A stretch of 64,000 bases of DNA, taken from positions 896,001-960,000 of the forward strand of contig CBDCTJ010000007.1 in assembly GCA_965222115.1 (NCBI GenBank), given 5' to 3'. The notes below the pieces were generated by a model that worked only from the letters and a program-made list of their open reading frames with translations, made no database searches and was not told the origin of the DNA. The DNA comes from Planctomycetota bacterium. GTDB taxonomy: Bacteria; Planctomycetota; PLA2; JAEUHO01. The position numbers and the translations under genes were made by a program. Positions 10,037 to 18,654 of this stretch are shown in pieces (position 1 is the stretch's first letter; each line of letters starts with the position of its first letter).

Positions 10037-10525
10037 GCCGCTGATTGGTTCATTCTTTCGGCCATGCCCGACCCGTTCGCGATCGCCGGTCTAAACGATG
10101 CCCTCAAGGACATTCAAGGCGCGCAGAAACACGGAAATGAGAACCTGCGTCTATTGGGAGTCATCCTTTCCGGCGTCGATGCTCGCACGAGGCTCGCAAA
10201 GAGCCTGACCGCGTACGTCAAAGACATCTTCACAGCCGATGGCATTCCATCCATGAAGTTCGAATCCGAGGTGAGTCGCTCAACCGTTGTTCCTCGGGCT
10301 CAGCGGGTCGGAAAGACGCTCTTTCAGACGGCGCCGAAGCACAAGATCACGGAGCAGTACCGGGCGATTGCGAAAGAGATTGAAGAGCGCATTCGCAAGT
10401 TCTCTTCTTCGTCTTCGTCGGTAAGTGAGACCGTCGATCGAAAGTCGAAGGCGAGCGCACCGGTGGGGGAGGGGGAAGAAAACGTTGTAGCCATCTCTGA
10501 CCGTAAAGAGGTCGCAAATGGCTAA
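10037..10525 (+). pseudogene. parA: 5'-truncated ParA/Soj-family ATPase
   Basis: AADWFILSAMPDPFAIAGL...LLGVIL..VDART.L...SRSTVV..AQ..G is a ParA C-terminal half; Walker A missing; frame runs into the att repeat. Confidence 0.8.
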
Positions 10526-11048
10526 GCGAGCACCCAAGGCCGAGCACCCAAGGCCGAGCACCCAAGGCCGAGCACCCAAGGCCGAGCAACCTTACGAGCC
10601 AGTCAAAGAGTCGCTCATTCGGTCAGTGTTGAACCCCGGTTCAAAAGAAGCTACCGCGCCACAAGTGGCTCCGCAGCCCGACCCATCTCCTCTGCCGCCG
10701 CCTCCGAGGCCTAGAGCAGTGCCTACACAGCTACCAACTGCTGTTTCGATGCCGCGTACTGTTGCGCCTAAGAAGCGCGAGAAGCGGCTCCTGCTCTCAG
10801 TGCAGGAAGAAGCCGAGATCGAGCGGCTCGTGCAGAAGATTGCGGCCGAGCTAGGAACGACGTTGAAGCTGAGTCACGTTCTCAGGGCGAGTATTAGGCT
10901 CTTGCTTAGCGCTGAAGACGAAATCGTTCGTCACGCTCGCACGGAACCCCCGATGAATCGCCCTCCGAATAGTCAGCATGAAGCAATAGCGGCTTTCGAG
11001 GAACGACTCGCGTATGTCTTGCAACGAGCGTTAAGTCTAAATGGCTAG
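10518..11048 (+). CDS. ParA partner protein, disordered N-terminus plus RHH-like C-terminus
   Basis: Overlaps parA stop; EKRLLLS-helix-LKLSHVLRA pattern resembles ribbon-helix-helix. Confidence 0.6.
   Translation: MAKRAPKAEHPRPSTQGRAPKAEQPYEPVKESLIRSVLNPGSKEATAPQVAPQPDPSPLPPPPRPRAVPTQLPTAVSMPRTVAPKKREKRLLLSVQEEAEIERLVQKIAAELGTTLKLSHVLRASIRLLLSAEDEIVRHARTEPPMNRPPNSQHEAIAAFEERLAYVLQRALSLNG
10527..10588 (+). repeat. 14-bp tandem repeat CGAGCACCCAAGGC x4.4
   Basis: Four perfect units (10527-10582) plus 6 bp. Confidence 0.95.
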
Positions 11049-11149
11049 CATCACGGGCTCGTATTTGCCTTGACAATATATAGGTACTAGTTCCAATAAT
11101 ACCTTCTGGGTGCGGGCTGTCTGTTCTCGGAGTTTTGTGAGGGAGAGAC

Positions 11150-11662
11150 ATGAGTAACCGTACGAGAGTCATTGCCTCCTCTAGTATTGGCGCATTCATA
11201 ATCGGCTTGTTGGTAACCAGCTCATTCTTCGCCAGTAACACGTGGGTGCAGACTGCGGATGCGAATCCAGCAGGTGGCGGTTCGCGCAATTTGTGCCATG
11301 CTGGCGAACGTGTTGGTGCCCCCAATGAACGGCCCAACTTGCCATGTGCTAGGTGCAATCCCAAAGGGCCGAACACCCAACCAGCGGCTCCGCCGCAACC
11401 GCCGAAGGGAAATCAGCAGCCTCAGCCTGGAAACAAGCGCGGTCCGACAACGGGATCTGCGTCTAACTCATACTCGGCTAGCTCGACCGTAGTGACGGGT
11501 GTACTAGGAGAGTCGACTACGACTTTTGGCGATTCTCCTACAACAGGCGGGGGAGTTCTTGATCCAGATAGAGGGGCCATTGACCTGACCGTCCCTCTGC
11601 TTTCTGCACAGAAAGCACCATCTAAGAAGCCTCCGGAACTTATGGACGACGATCCAACCTGA
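11150..11662 (+). CDS. Signal-peptide N-terminal segment of the Rhs protein, ends at in-frame TGA
   Basis: Signal peptide, GAGGGAGAG RBS; ends with VLDPDRGAIDLTVPLL resembling the first half of the Rhs-associated DUF6531 domain; same frame as 11783 ORF. Confidence 0.75.
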   Translation: MSNRTRVIASSSIGAFIIGLLVTSSFFASNTWVQTADANPAGGGSRNLCHAGERVGAPNERPNLPCARCNPKGPNTQPAAPPQPPKGNQQPQPGNKRGPTTGSASNSYSASSTVVTGVLGESTTTFGDSPTTGGGVLDPDRGAIDLTVPLLSAQKAPSKKPPELMDDDPT

Positions 11663-11782
11663 CTTTGGCCACCCCCAGTTTGAATTCCAGATTCTGGAAA
11701 GGGCCCGGGTGGCTCTGCCGATCTTTACAGCTTCGATAAACCCCTAGAACTTAGGTACGACTCTCAAGTCAGTATTAACAGG

Positions 11783-14700
11783 ATGACAGGGAATTGGTGG
11801 TTCCCATTTGATATTTATCTTGTGCCACAACCGAACGGCGACGTCCTATATTATGAGCCAGGAGTTACAGGATCTCAATATGTATGGAACCCTGGGGCAG
11901 GTACGTTCTCAAGCCCTCCAGGTGCATTTGACGTAATGGCGAAAACCACTTCTGGTTGGACGCGGACCACTAAAGATGGTGTTGTGTGGACGTTCAACTC
12001 TTCTGGATATCTGACGTCAATCCAGAATCGAAATGGGCTTGCGACAACGTTCTTGCGTGATCCGAACAATCGGCTGCTTTCTTGGACGGACTATGCGGGA
12101 CGAACAACAACCGTTTCATACAATGGGAACGGATACGCAACGTCAATCGCCGACTGGGGAGGACGAAGTGTTTTAATGTCATACACGTCGCAGGGATATC
12201 TTTCGTCCATTTCATACCCCGCTACGACGTACTACTTAAGCTCAACTCAGTCAATTGTTACGCGCAGAAGAACTCTCAGCTTCTCGTATGTGACTGGAAC
12301 AGGAACGTCAAGTGACGGGAATTTGATCTCCATTAGTGACGACAACGGAAACGTGGCATTGTCGAACACATATGACGGGTTTGATCGAGCTTTAAGTACC
12401 ACCTCTCGCGGACGCCAGTGGAGCTACCAGTACATCTCACCCAGCGTTGTGCGTGTTGTCGACCCCGATGGAGTCACCATCGACTACGCGCTCAATGGTG
12501 CAGGAATGATTTCGACAAAGACGATATGGACCCAGTCGGGTTTGGGAGGACCCGCCTTGAGGCCAGGGGAGCCTCAGAATTACGTGTGGACATATGAACG
12601 AAACGACATCTGTGGCTGTGCGCTTATCACAAAGGTAACGAATCCAGATTTGTCATGTGTTTCGTATCAGTACGATGCATGGGGAAATCTAACAAGTTTG
12701 ACGAGCTCGAATTCAGCAAGCTCAGATTCTAGTACACAAGTGTGGACTTACGCTGGTTTCGCTCAGTATTGCAGGTGCCTGACTTACGTTTCAGCTCGTG
12801 GAAATGCACCTGGCGCGACGGTGAACGACTATAAGACGATTTGGACATATGATACTTCTGGCAATTTGACAAGCGTTCGATATCCCAAAGTTTTCATATC
12901 TGGATCAGCTGCATTCCCGACCGCCACAATCACGCGCAATGCCGCTGGCTTACCAGTAACGCATGTAGATATCGGCGGAACAGTTACCGCATATCAATAT
13001 GCTCCAAACACGTATGATCTTACTTCTGTAGTTCTTGATTCCGGCGGTGTAGGATCGACAACGACCGCAACCTACGACCAATATGGTCGCGTGGTAACCA
13101 TGACCATGCCTACTGGAGAGACTTGGTCGTATACGTACAACGCCATGGATCAATTGATCCAAGTTGATGGGCCGCAGCCTCTGGCGCCCGTAGTGACACG
13201 TCTTTACGACGAACAAAACAATGTGTACAGGGTTGAAATCGAAAACAAGAACTCGACTGGCGTGCTAGACCCATCAAATCCGTTACTAAGCGCCTACCAA
13301 ATTTACAATGCCAACAACCAGCTTGTTCAAATCAAAGAAGAGGTGGATTCCAGTACTACAGCCGTCATCCAGGCTCAGTATACGGCGGCCGGTCGGCTTT
13401 CTCGGGTGATAGACGCTACGGGGCGTACTACGGATTTCACCTATGACGAGCGCGGGTTTAGGCATACTGTTACGCTAGGCGCAGGCACGTCGTCGGCATC
13501 TACGACATCATTTGATTACGATGTTAACGGGCGACTCTGCAAGAGGATCGACCCGAGAGGATTTTCTACAACTTGGACGTTTAACCACGCGTCAAGGCCC
13601 GTTTCGATTGTGTATCCCGATGGCCAGTACGAGCAAGCTACATGGGATGAAGACTACAATCAGACAAAATTCTCCACATATAGCCCGAGTGGTGTCTTGA
13701 TAGAGCAAACTAAGTATGCGTTCGACGGTATTGGTCTTATTCAATCCGTAACGCGCGATCTAATTGACCCGCAGGGATCTGTATCGCAAAGCTATGTAGC
13801 TAGTACTGAGTACGGCGCGCGTTTGCAGGTGACAAAGAAAACAAGCCCTGCGGGGATGGTAGAGTTGTATGCTCGAGATGCACTTGGACGCATTTTCTTG
13901 CGAACGAGTCCTTCCTCAACGATCTCGACACAGTACGATCTAAGTGGTAGGCCTACTTCTGTAACGCGAAGTGAAGTCAATGGAGTCACAGGATCGAACG
14001 ATGCTGTGATAGATGAATTCTTGTACGACGCTCTTGGTCGTATAACATCCGTCACTAAGCGCGATGCAGCGTCATCGATACTTCAAACTATGACGTTTGA
14101 ATGGGACGGCCTCGATCGACTTGTCAAGGAGTCCGATTTTTCAGGAAATACGGTGTCAAGAACGTTTGATGGCAATGACTGTATGTTGCAGGAAGTTATG
14201 GACCTTCGCTCTGGCGGAACCGGCACAGGCGCAATAATCGGTTCGATTACCATGCAATTTACATATGACAATGCGGGGCGCATTCTGACCGCGACAGATG
14301 GGCGCGGAAATACTACCACATATGCGTATGATCCGCTGGGCCGGCCGGCCGGCGCTACATTCGGGGCAGGGGCAAGCTCGTTCGTTTACGACGCTTCAGG
14401 GAACTTGCTCTCCAATACGGACAGGCTCGGGAATGTAGTTTCATCTACATACGATAATAGAGATAGAATCATTGGGCGCACCATTGCCCTAGCAGCAGGC
14501 ACGATAGGAACTACAAACGAAACGTTCTCTTACGACTCGCGTGGTCGTTTGGCTACCGCTGTAGACAACGACTCAACTGTTTCATGGGTGCGTGATTCTC
14601 TAGGACGTCTTGTGTCAGAAACACAAAACGGACGGACCTTGTTGTATTCGCGAGATGCGGATGGTCGAATGACCGCATTGACGTACTCTGATGGGACGGT

Positions 14701-16534
14701 TGAGAGCGTCGCTTATGACTCGTCATCTAGGCCGTCGTCAACGTCGATTGGCGCGAACTCTTTGGTGACGTATAAGTACTCTGGTACGCGAGTGTTGTCC
14801 GCAACGCGCCCGTCCAGCGTGGTAACGACTATTGGCTACGATGCGCTAAAGCGACTTACTAGTGTTGAGCACGTTAAGTCATCGGCAATGATGAAGAAAT
14901 TTACGTACGCTAGATTCGCTAACAATAAAATTGCATACGAAAAGCGGCATCATGCCGGAGGGGCGGGAGACAACTACAGTTACGATAGCGTCTACCGATT
15001 GATTCAGGCAAAGATAGGCGTTGCTGACCCGGCCCTCGAATACGCTACGCCGGGATCGCAGACCACAGTGAGTATTCATAATATGAGTTACGACGCAGCG
15101 GCAAATCGCATTGCAAATGTAGTGACAGGAGTTGGAGCGGGCACCACTAGCTACACGTCGGACTCGACAAATTTCTATACATTTGTTGGAGGTGCAGCGT
15201 ATCAGCGAAACGCTGAAGGTGCATTGGTAGATGATGGGTCTCGCCTTTATGCATATGACTATGCGAATCGCCTTGTGGAAGTACGTAACAAACAAACGAA
15301 CAACGTGATTGCAACCTACGAATATGACGCGCTGGGCAGGAGACTCAAGAAGTCTGCGGGCGACAATAAGAAGACATTCGTTTGGATGGATATGTTGTTG
15401 GCAGAAGAGCACGACGCTGACGGCATGTTTTCGCGTAGGCACTACAACCATATAGATGGAGAAGTTGTCGCTGCGTGGCACAGGGATCTGCTCGACCTGG
15501 ACGCCGATCAGTCCACGTCAGATATGGTGTGGGTATATCCGATGTACGATGGCGCCTTCGACTGTATTGGACTATTGGGTCCGACTGGCGCCTTGGTAGA
15601 AAGCTACGTATTCTCGTACGATGGGCGCCCAACTATTACAAATGCTGCAGGCTCGACGCTCTCTGTTAGCGGGATGGCGTGGCAGACAGGATATGGAAAT
15701 TTGTATAGGGATGATGAGACGGAGTTGAAGTATGCGCTAATGCGCTACTACAGCCCATCGCTTGGAAGATTTACTGTTGAAGATCCAGCAGGCCGTTGGC
15801 ATGATCCTGTGAATACGGGAAATGGATATGCATATGTAGGCAACTCGTTTCGTAATGCTGTAGATCCTACAGGTCTAAAGACCGCGAATAATTGCTGCGG
15901 GAAATTCGCTGTTGTTGTCCAAAATGATCCTATTAGGTTCAACATGCCACATCCGATACTTCAGGAGATTGAGGACAAAATCGGACTTGTTGGAGCATTT
16001 GGTAACGCAGTAGCTAAGAGCAAGGTTCTTGGCATCGGGCGCGTCATGAACGCGCTAAATGCTAAGCAGAGGAGTTCAAATCGAAGGATGGGAATAAGGC
16101 ACTTCAAATGGTCAGGTAAGAATAGTGATGAGAATCAGAAAAAGGCTGCTGACTATGAGCAGTGGATGAGAGTCCACGCGAGGTGCTTAGATATAATCGT
16201 AGTTTGGGGTCACGGAGGAGGTGGAAGAGTCGAGGCATTTGGAAAGCTATACACAGCTCAAGATTTGCTTGGACGATTTATCGGACGCCGACTCCGCGGT
16301 AAGAATCCTAGAAAATTGTCGCTAGCCGTCCTGGGCGCGTGCTTTAGCAATGCGGCTGGATTCGAACCATATGCCGCCAATGTACATGGGCATGACGGAA
16401 GCACTGCTAACCCTGCCGCTTCCAATATCGGACTAGCGGGAGACGCCGCAGACGATATCGCCGGAGAGGGAGGAAGTCGTCGGGTGTATGTTCCGCCTGG
16501 CGGCCATGCCCATAATGGAGTCGGATCTAGGTAG
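11783..16534 (+). CDS. Rhs/YD-repeat polymorphic toxin with caspase-like C-terminal domain
   Basis: Numerous YD..GR repeats, RYYSPSLGRF..EDP core, NAVDPTGL autocleavage motif, then IIVVWGHG and LAVLGAC. Confidence 0.93.
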   Translation: MTGNWWFPFDIYLVPQPNGDVLYYEPGVTGSQYVWNPGAGTFSSPPGAFDVMAKTTSGWTRTTKDGVVWTFNSSGYLTSIQNRNGLATTFLRDPNNRLLSWTDYAGRTTTVSYNGNGYATSIADWGGRSVLMSYTSQGYLSSISYPATTYYLSSTQSIVTRRRTLSFSYVTGTGTSSDGNLISISDDNGNVALSNTYDGFDRALSTTSRGRQWSYQYISPSVVRVVDPDGVTIDYALNGAGMISTKTIWTQSGLGGPALRPGEPQNYVWTYERNDICGCALITKVTNPDLSCVSYQYDAWGNLTSLTSSNSASSDSSTQVWTYAGFAQYCRCLTYVSARGNAPGATVNDYKTIWTYDTSGNLTSVRYPKVFISGSAAFPTATITRNAAGLPVTHVDIGGTVTAYQYAPNTYDLTSVVLDSGGVGSTTTATYDQYGRVVTMTMPTGETWSYTYNAMDQLIQVDGPQPLAPVVTRLYDEQNNVYRVEIENKNSTGVLDPSNPLLSAYQIYNANNQLVQIKEEVDSSTTAVIQAQYTAAGRLSRVIDATGRTTDFTYDERGFRHTVTLGAGTSSASTTSFDYDVNGRLCKRIDPRGFSTTWTFNHASRPVSIVYPDGQYEQATWDEDYNQTKFSTYSPSGVLIEQTKYAFDGIGLIQSVTRDLIDPQGSVSQSYVASTEYGARLQVTKKTSPAGMVELYARDALGRIFLRTSPSSTISTQYDLSGRPTSVTRSEVNGVTGSNDAVIDEFLYDALGRITSVTKRDAASSILQTMTFEWDGLDRLVKESDFSGNTVSRTFDGNDCMLQEVMDLRSGGTGTGAIIGSITMQFTYDNAGRILTATDGRGNTTTYAYDPLGRPAGATFGAGASSFVYDASGNLLSNTDRLGNVVSSTYDNRDRIIGRTIALAAGTIGTTNETFSYDSRGRLATAVDNDSTVSWVRDSLGRLVSETQNGRTLLYSRDADGRMTALTYSDGTVESVAYDSSSRPSSTSIGANSLVTYKYSGTRVLSATRPSSVVTTIGYDALKRLTSVEHVKSSAMMKKFTYARFANNKIAYEKRHHAGGAGDNYSYDSVYRLIQAKIGVADPALEYATPGSQTTVSIHNMSYDAAANRIANVVTGVGAGTTSYTSDSTNFYTFVGGAAYQRNAEGALVDDGSRLYAYDYANRLVEVRNKQTNNVIATYEYDALGRRLKKSAGDNKKTFVWMDMLLAEEHDADGMFSRRHYNHIDGEVVAAWHRDLLDLDADQSTSDMVWVYPMYDGAFDCIGLLGPTGALVESYVFSYDGRPTITNAAGSTLSVSGMAWQTGYGNLYRDDETELKYALMRYYSPSLGRFTVEDPAGRWHDPVNTGNGYAYVGNSFRNAVDPTGLKTANNCCGKFAVVVQNDPIRFNMPHPILQEIEDKIGLVGAFGNAVAKSKVLGIGRVMNALNAKQRSSNRRMGIRHFKWSGKNSDENQKKAADYEQWMRVHARCLDIIVVWGHGGGGRVEAFGKLYTAQDLLGRFIGRRLRGKNPRKLSLAVLGACFSNAAGFEPYAANVHGHDGSTANPAASNIGLAGDAADDIAGEGGSRRVYVPPGGHAHNGVGSR

Positions 16535-16608
16535 TTCGAGTGGTTTCATTTGAAGCAAACTGTCGAGCGTGTTCAGGTCGTTCTGCTTGCGCCATTCGCC
16601 TGTGGGGC

Positions 16609-17721
16609 ATGCCGCTCATCACTATTCTGGCAATACTGATTTCTACTGTGGCGGTGCACGGTAGATCTGAGGCAAATGCGGAAGTTAGAAGAATCGATGA
16701 GAATCTGAAAGACAAGGATCTCAGTGTGCGACGAAAGGCCATTGAGCAGGCGCACGATGTGATCCAAAGAATGTGGCGTGGGCAACTATGTTTAGATGAA
16801 GCGTCGGAGGACATTCTATTCGGGAGAGTTGTCCCAATTCTAGTTGGCAGGTTTGAATCACACGATTCGGTGGCCATAGGCGGTGCACTAGACGTCGTAA
16901 GCTGTATGCCAGACAGTGTTCACGCGTACATGAAGAGAAATAACCTAGCTTCACTTCCCATAGACGTAGATCAGGTGATTCGAGGAATAAAAAAGACGAA
17001 ATCGTTCAGGGCGATAAAAATCCTTAAGTACATCGAGCCTGTTCCAAACAAAGCCATTAAGATGGCCGATTGGATGCTTAAAAATGATACGGAGCTGGGA
17101 TCCGCGATCGAGTTGCTCCTTGAAGGTGGCGATAGTGGGCATGACGTACTTTTTCGCGAGTTTGTCCATGGTAGTGGTGAGAAGAACTTCCTAATCGCTG
17201 AATACATGGGAGAAGTTCTTATTCCGGATTCATTGGCGATGAAAATAATGGGGACCTTGGGGCGTAGCAAGTCTCCGGATGCGCGGTGGTTTGCGACTAG
17301 GGCTGTAAGAAAATCAGTAAATGATAAATCGACCTTCCTTAAAATACTAACCGACCGTTTATCAGATTCGGATCCAAGCGTTGCAGCAAACGCCGCAAGG
17401 GCATTCGGGTCAGGCGGACCAAGAGTTTCATTTGTATTGCCAAAACTACATAAGTTGCTCGAGACGGATGCTCGAAACGGCGCGGCGGAAGCAATTTGTC
17501 ACATTGGCCCTAAAGCGTATATGACAAAAGCATTGGCGAAATCATTGTCCAGTAAAGATGCTTCAACAGTTAGATATTGCTTGTGCTCACTTGAGAAATT
17601 GGGCGCATTGGCGAAAGAGGCGTTGCCAAGCATTCGCGCGTTGTCCAAACGAACGCCATCGCTAACGAGTGCGGAGAAAGAGGTTGTAGCGAAGACGATA
17701 AGAGCAATAGCAGGAAAGTAG
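16609..17721 (+). CDS. Exported HEAT-repeat protein, putative Rhs immunity/partner
   Basis: Directly downstream of rhs; hydrophobic leader; LSDSDPSVAANAARAFG, ARNGAAEAI, KDASTVRY HEAT-like repeats; start may be 16540. Confidence 0.75.
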   Translation: MPLITILAILISTVAVHGRSEANAEVRRIDENLKDKDLSVRRKAIEQAHDVIQRMWRGQLCLDEASEDILFGRVVPILVGRFESHDSVAIGGALDVVSCMPDSVHAYMKRNNLASLPIDVDQVIRGIKKTKSFRAIKILKYIEPVPNKAIKMADWMLKNDTELGSAIELLLEGGDSGHDVLFREFVHGSGEKNFLIAEYMGEVLIPDSLAMKIMGTLGRSKSPDARWFATRAVRKSVNDKSTFLKILTDRLSDSDPSVAANAARAFGSGGPRVSFVLPKLHKLLETDARNGAAEAICHIGPKAYMTKALAKSLSSKDASTVRYCLCSLEKLGALAKEALPSIRALSKRTPSLTSAEKEVVAKTIRAIAGK

Positions 17722-17833
17722 TGAGCGTTCTACCAAACGCGCCGTGTTCTAAATTTCAAGCGTGGTGCCAACCGGATCGGATACTACCTCGACATCAGTA
17801 TCTTGAGCGCTTTTTGGCGTCGGCTCAATCAAG
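17721..17833 (-). mobile_element. Inverted right-end remnant of a related IS66
   Basis: Minus strand encodes RRQKALKILMSR* (cf. TnpC end RRQEALKMLMPK*), followed by an end matching the adjacent IS right end at 19/23 bp. Confidence 0.85.
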
Positions 17834-17908
17834 GTAAGCGTTTCGCTAAACCCGCCTTGTGCTCGCGCTAGTTCTTGCCGACGCTCTTGACCTTTCGGAG
17901 GTCACGCC

Positions 17909-18244
17909 ATGTCGAGTGTGTCGAAAGTCCGCCGAGGTCGCGCGTTCTACGAGAAGTTGCTAGCTCGTCGGGAGCGTGAGGGGACGTCGTGGAAGGAGCT
18001 GTCGGAGGAATCCGGCGTTCCGATCGCGACGCTTTACGACTGGTCGCGGCGGTTTCGAAAGGAGCGAGAGAGTTCTGGCGGTCGTGGTCGCCGTGATTCC
18101 GGGTTCGTCAACGTTGTCGCCGACGACGTCGCCGACCCACCAAGGGTTGAGATCCGGCTGTCCAGCGGTCGCGTCCTTTGGGTGGACTTGGCATCGGATC
18201 TGAACGCACTTGGCCAACTGATTACGATGCTAGAGTCGTGCTGA
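17909..18244 (+). CDS. tnpA: IS66 TnpA (HTH accessory protein)
   Basis: GVPIATLYDWSRR HTH, FV.V, VEIRL.SG. Confidence 0.88.
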   Translation: MSSVSKVRRGRAFYEKLLARREREGTSWKELSEESGVPIATLYDWSRRFRKERESSGGRGRRDSGFVNVVADDVADPPRVEIRLSSGRVLWVDLASDLNALGQLITMLESC

Positions 18245-18654
18245 GTTTCGCGGACGCGACAAGCATCTACGTATCGCGTGAGCCGGTGGACTTTCGCAAG
18301 GCCCACGATGGCCTCTCTCAGATCGTTCGCGATCATTTTGGTGGCGATCCGCTCTCGGGTGATGTGTTCGTGTTCACCAACAAGCGCCGCGATCGAATTA
18401 AGTTGCTGCTTTGGGATCGCAATGGGCTTTGGCTCTTCTACAAGCGACTGGAGCAAGGAACGCTTCCTCGTTTTGGACTGCGCGGGAATGCGCCGCGTGT
18501 GAAAGTGAAACGTGCTTGGCTGGCAATGTTGCTCGATGGGCTTGAACCGTTTTCTGCAAAGGTTCACTCGCATCATGTCGATCGTGTGCGTATAAAGGCA
18601 CGTGAAGCAAATGAGTCAACTCGATATCCTCCTTCGGCGCGTTCAAGAGCTTGA
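18238..18654 (+). CDS. tnpB: IS66 TnpB accessory protein
   Basis: PVDFRK..DGL, FVF.NKRRDRIKLL.WD.NG..L..KRLE.G. Confidence 0.93.
   Translation: MLSFADATSIYVSREPVDFRKAHDGLSQIVRDHFGGDPLSGDVFVFTNKRRDRIKLLLWDRNGLWLFYKRLEQGTLPRFGLRGNAPRVKVKRAWLAMLLDGLEPFSAKVHSHHVDRVRIKAREANESTRYPPSARSRA

Noticed and set aside
11070-11100. Sigma70 promoter for rhs (perfect TTGACA)
   Set aside because: No convincing -10 at 16-18 bp spacing; plausible but not supportable.
11150-17721. Island using an alternative genetic code (UGA = Trp or Gly)
   Set aside because: Only two TGA in 1794 codons, clustered together, while Trp is encoded by TGG throughout.
18238-18654. TnpB as an RNA-guided nuclease
   Set aside because: This is the small IS66 accessory TnpB, unrelated to IS200/IS605 TnpB; no RuvC motifs.
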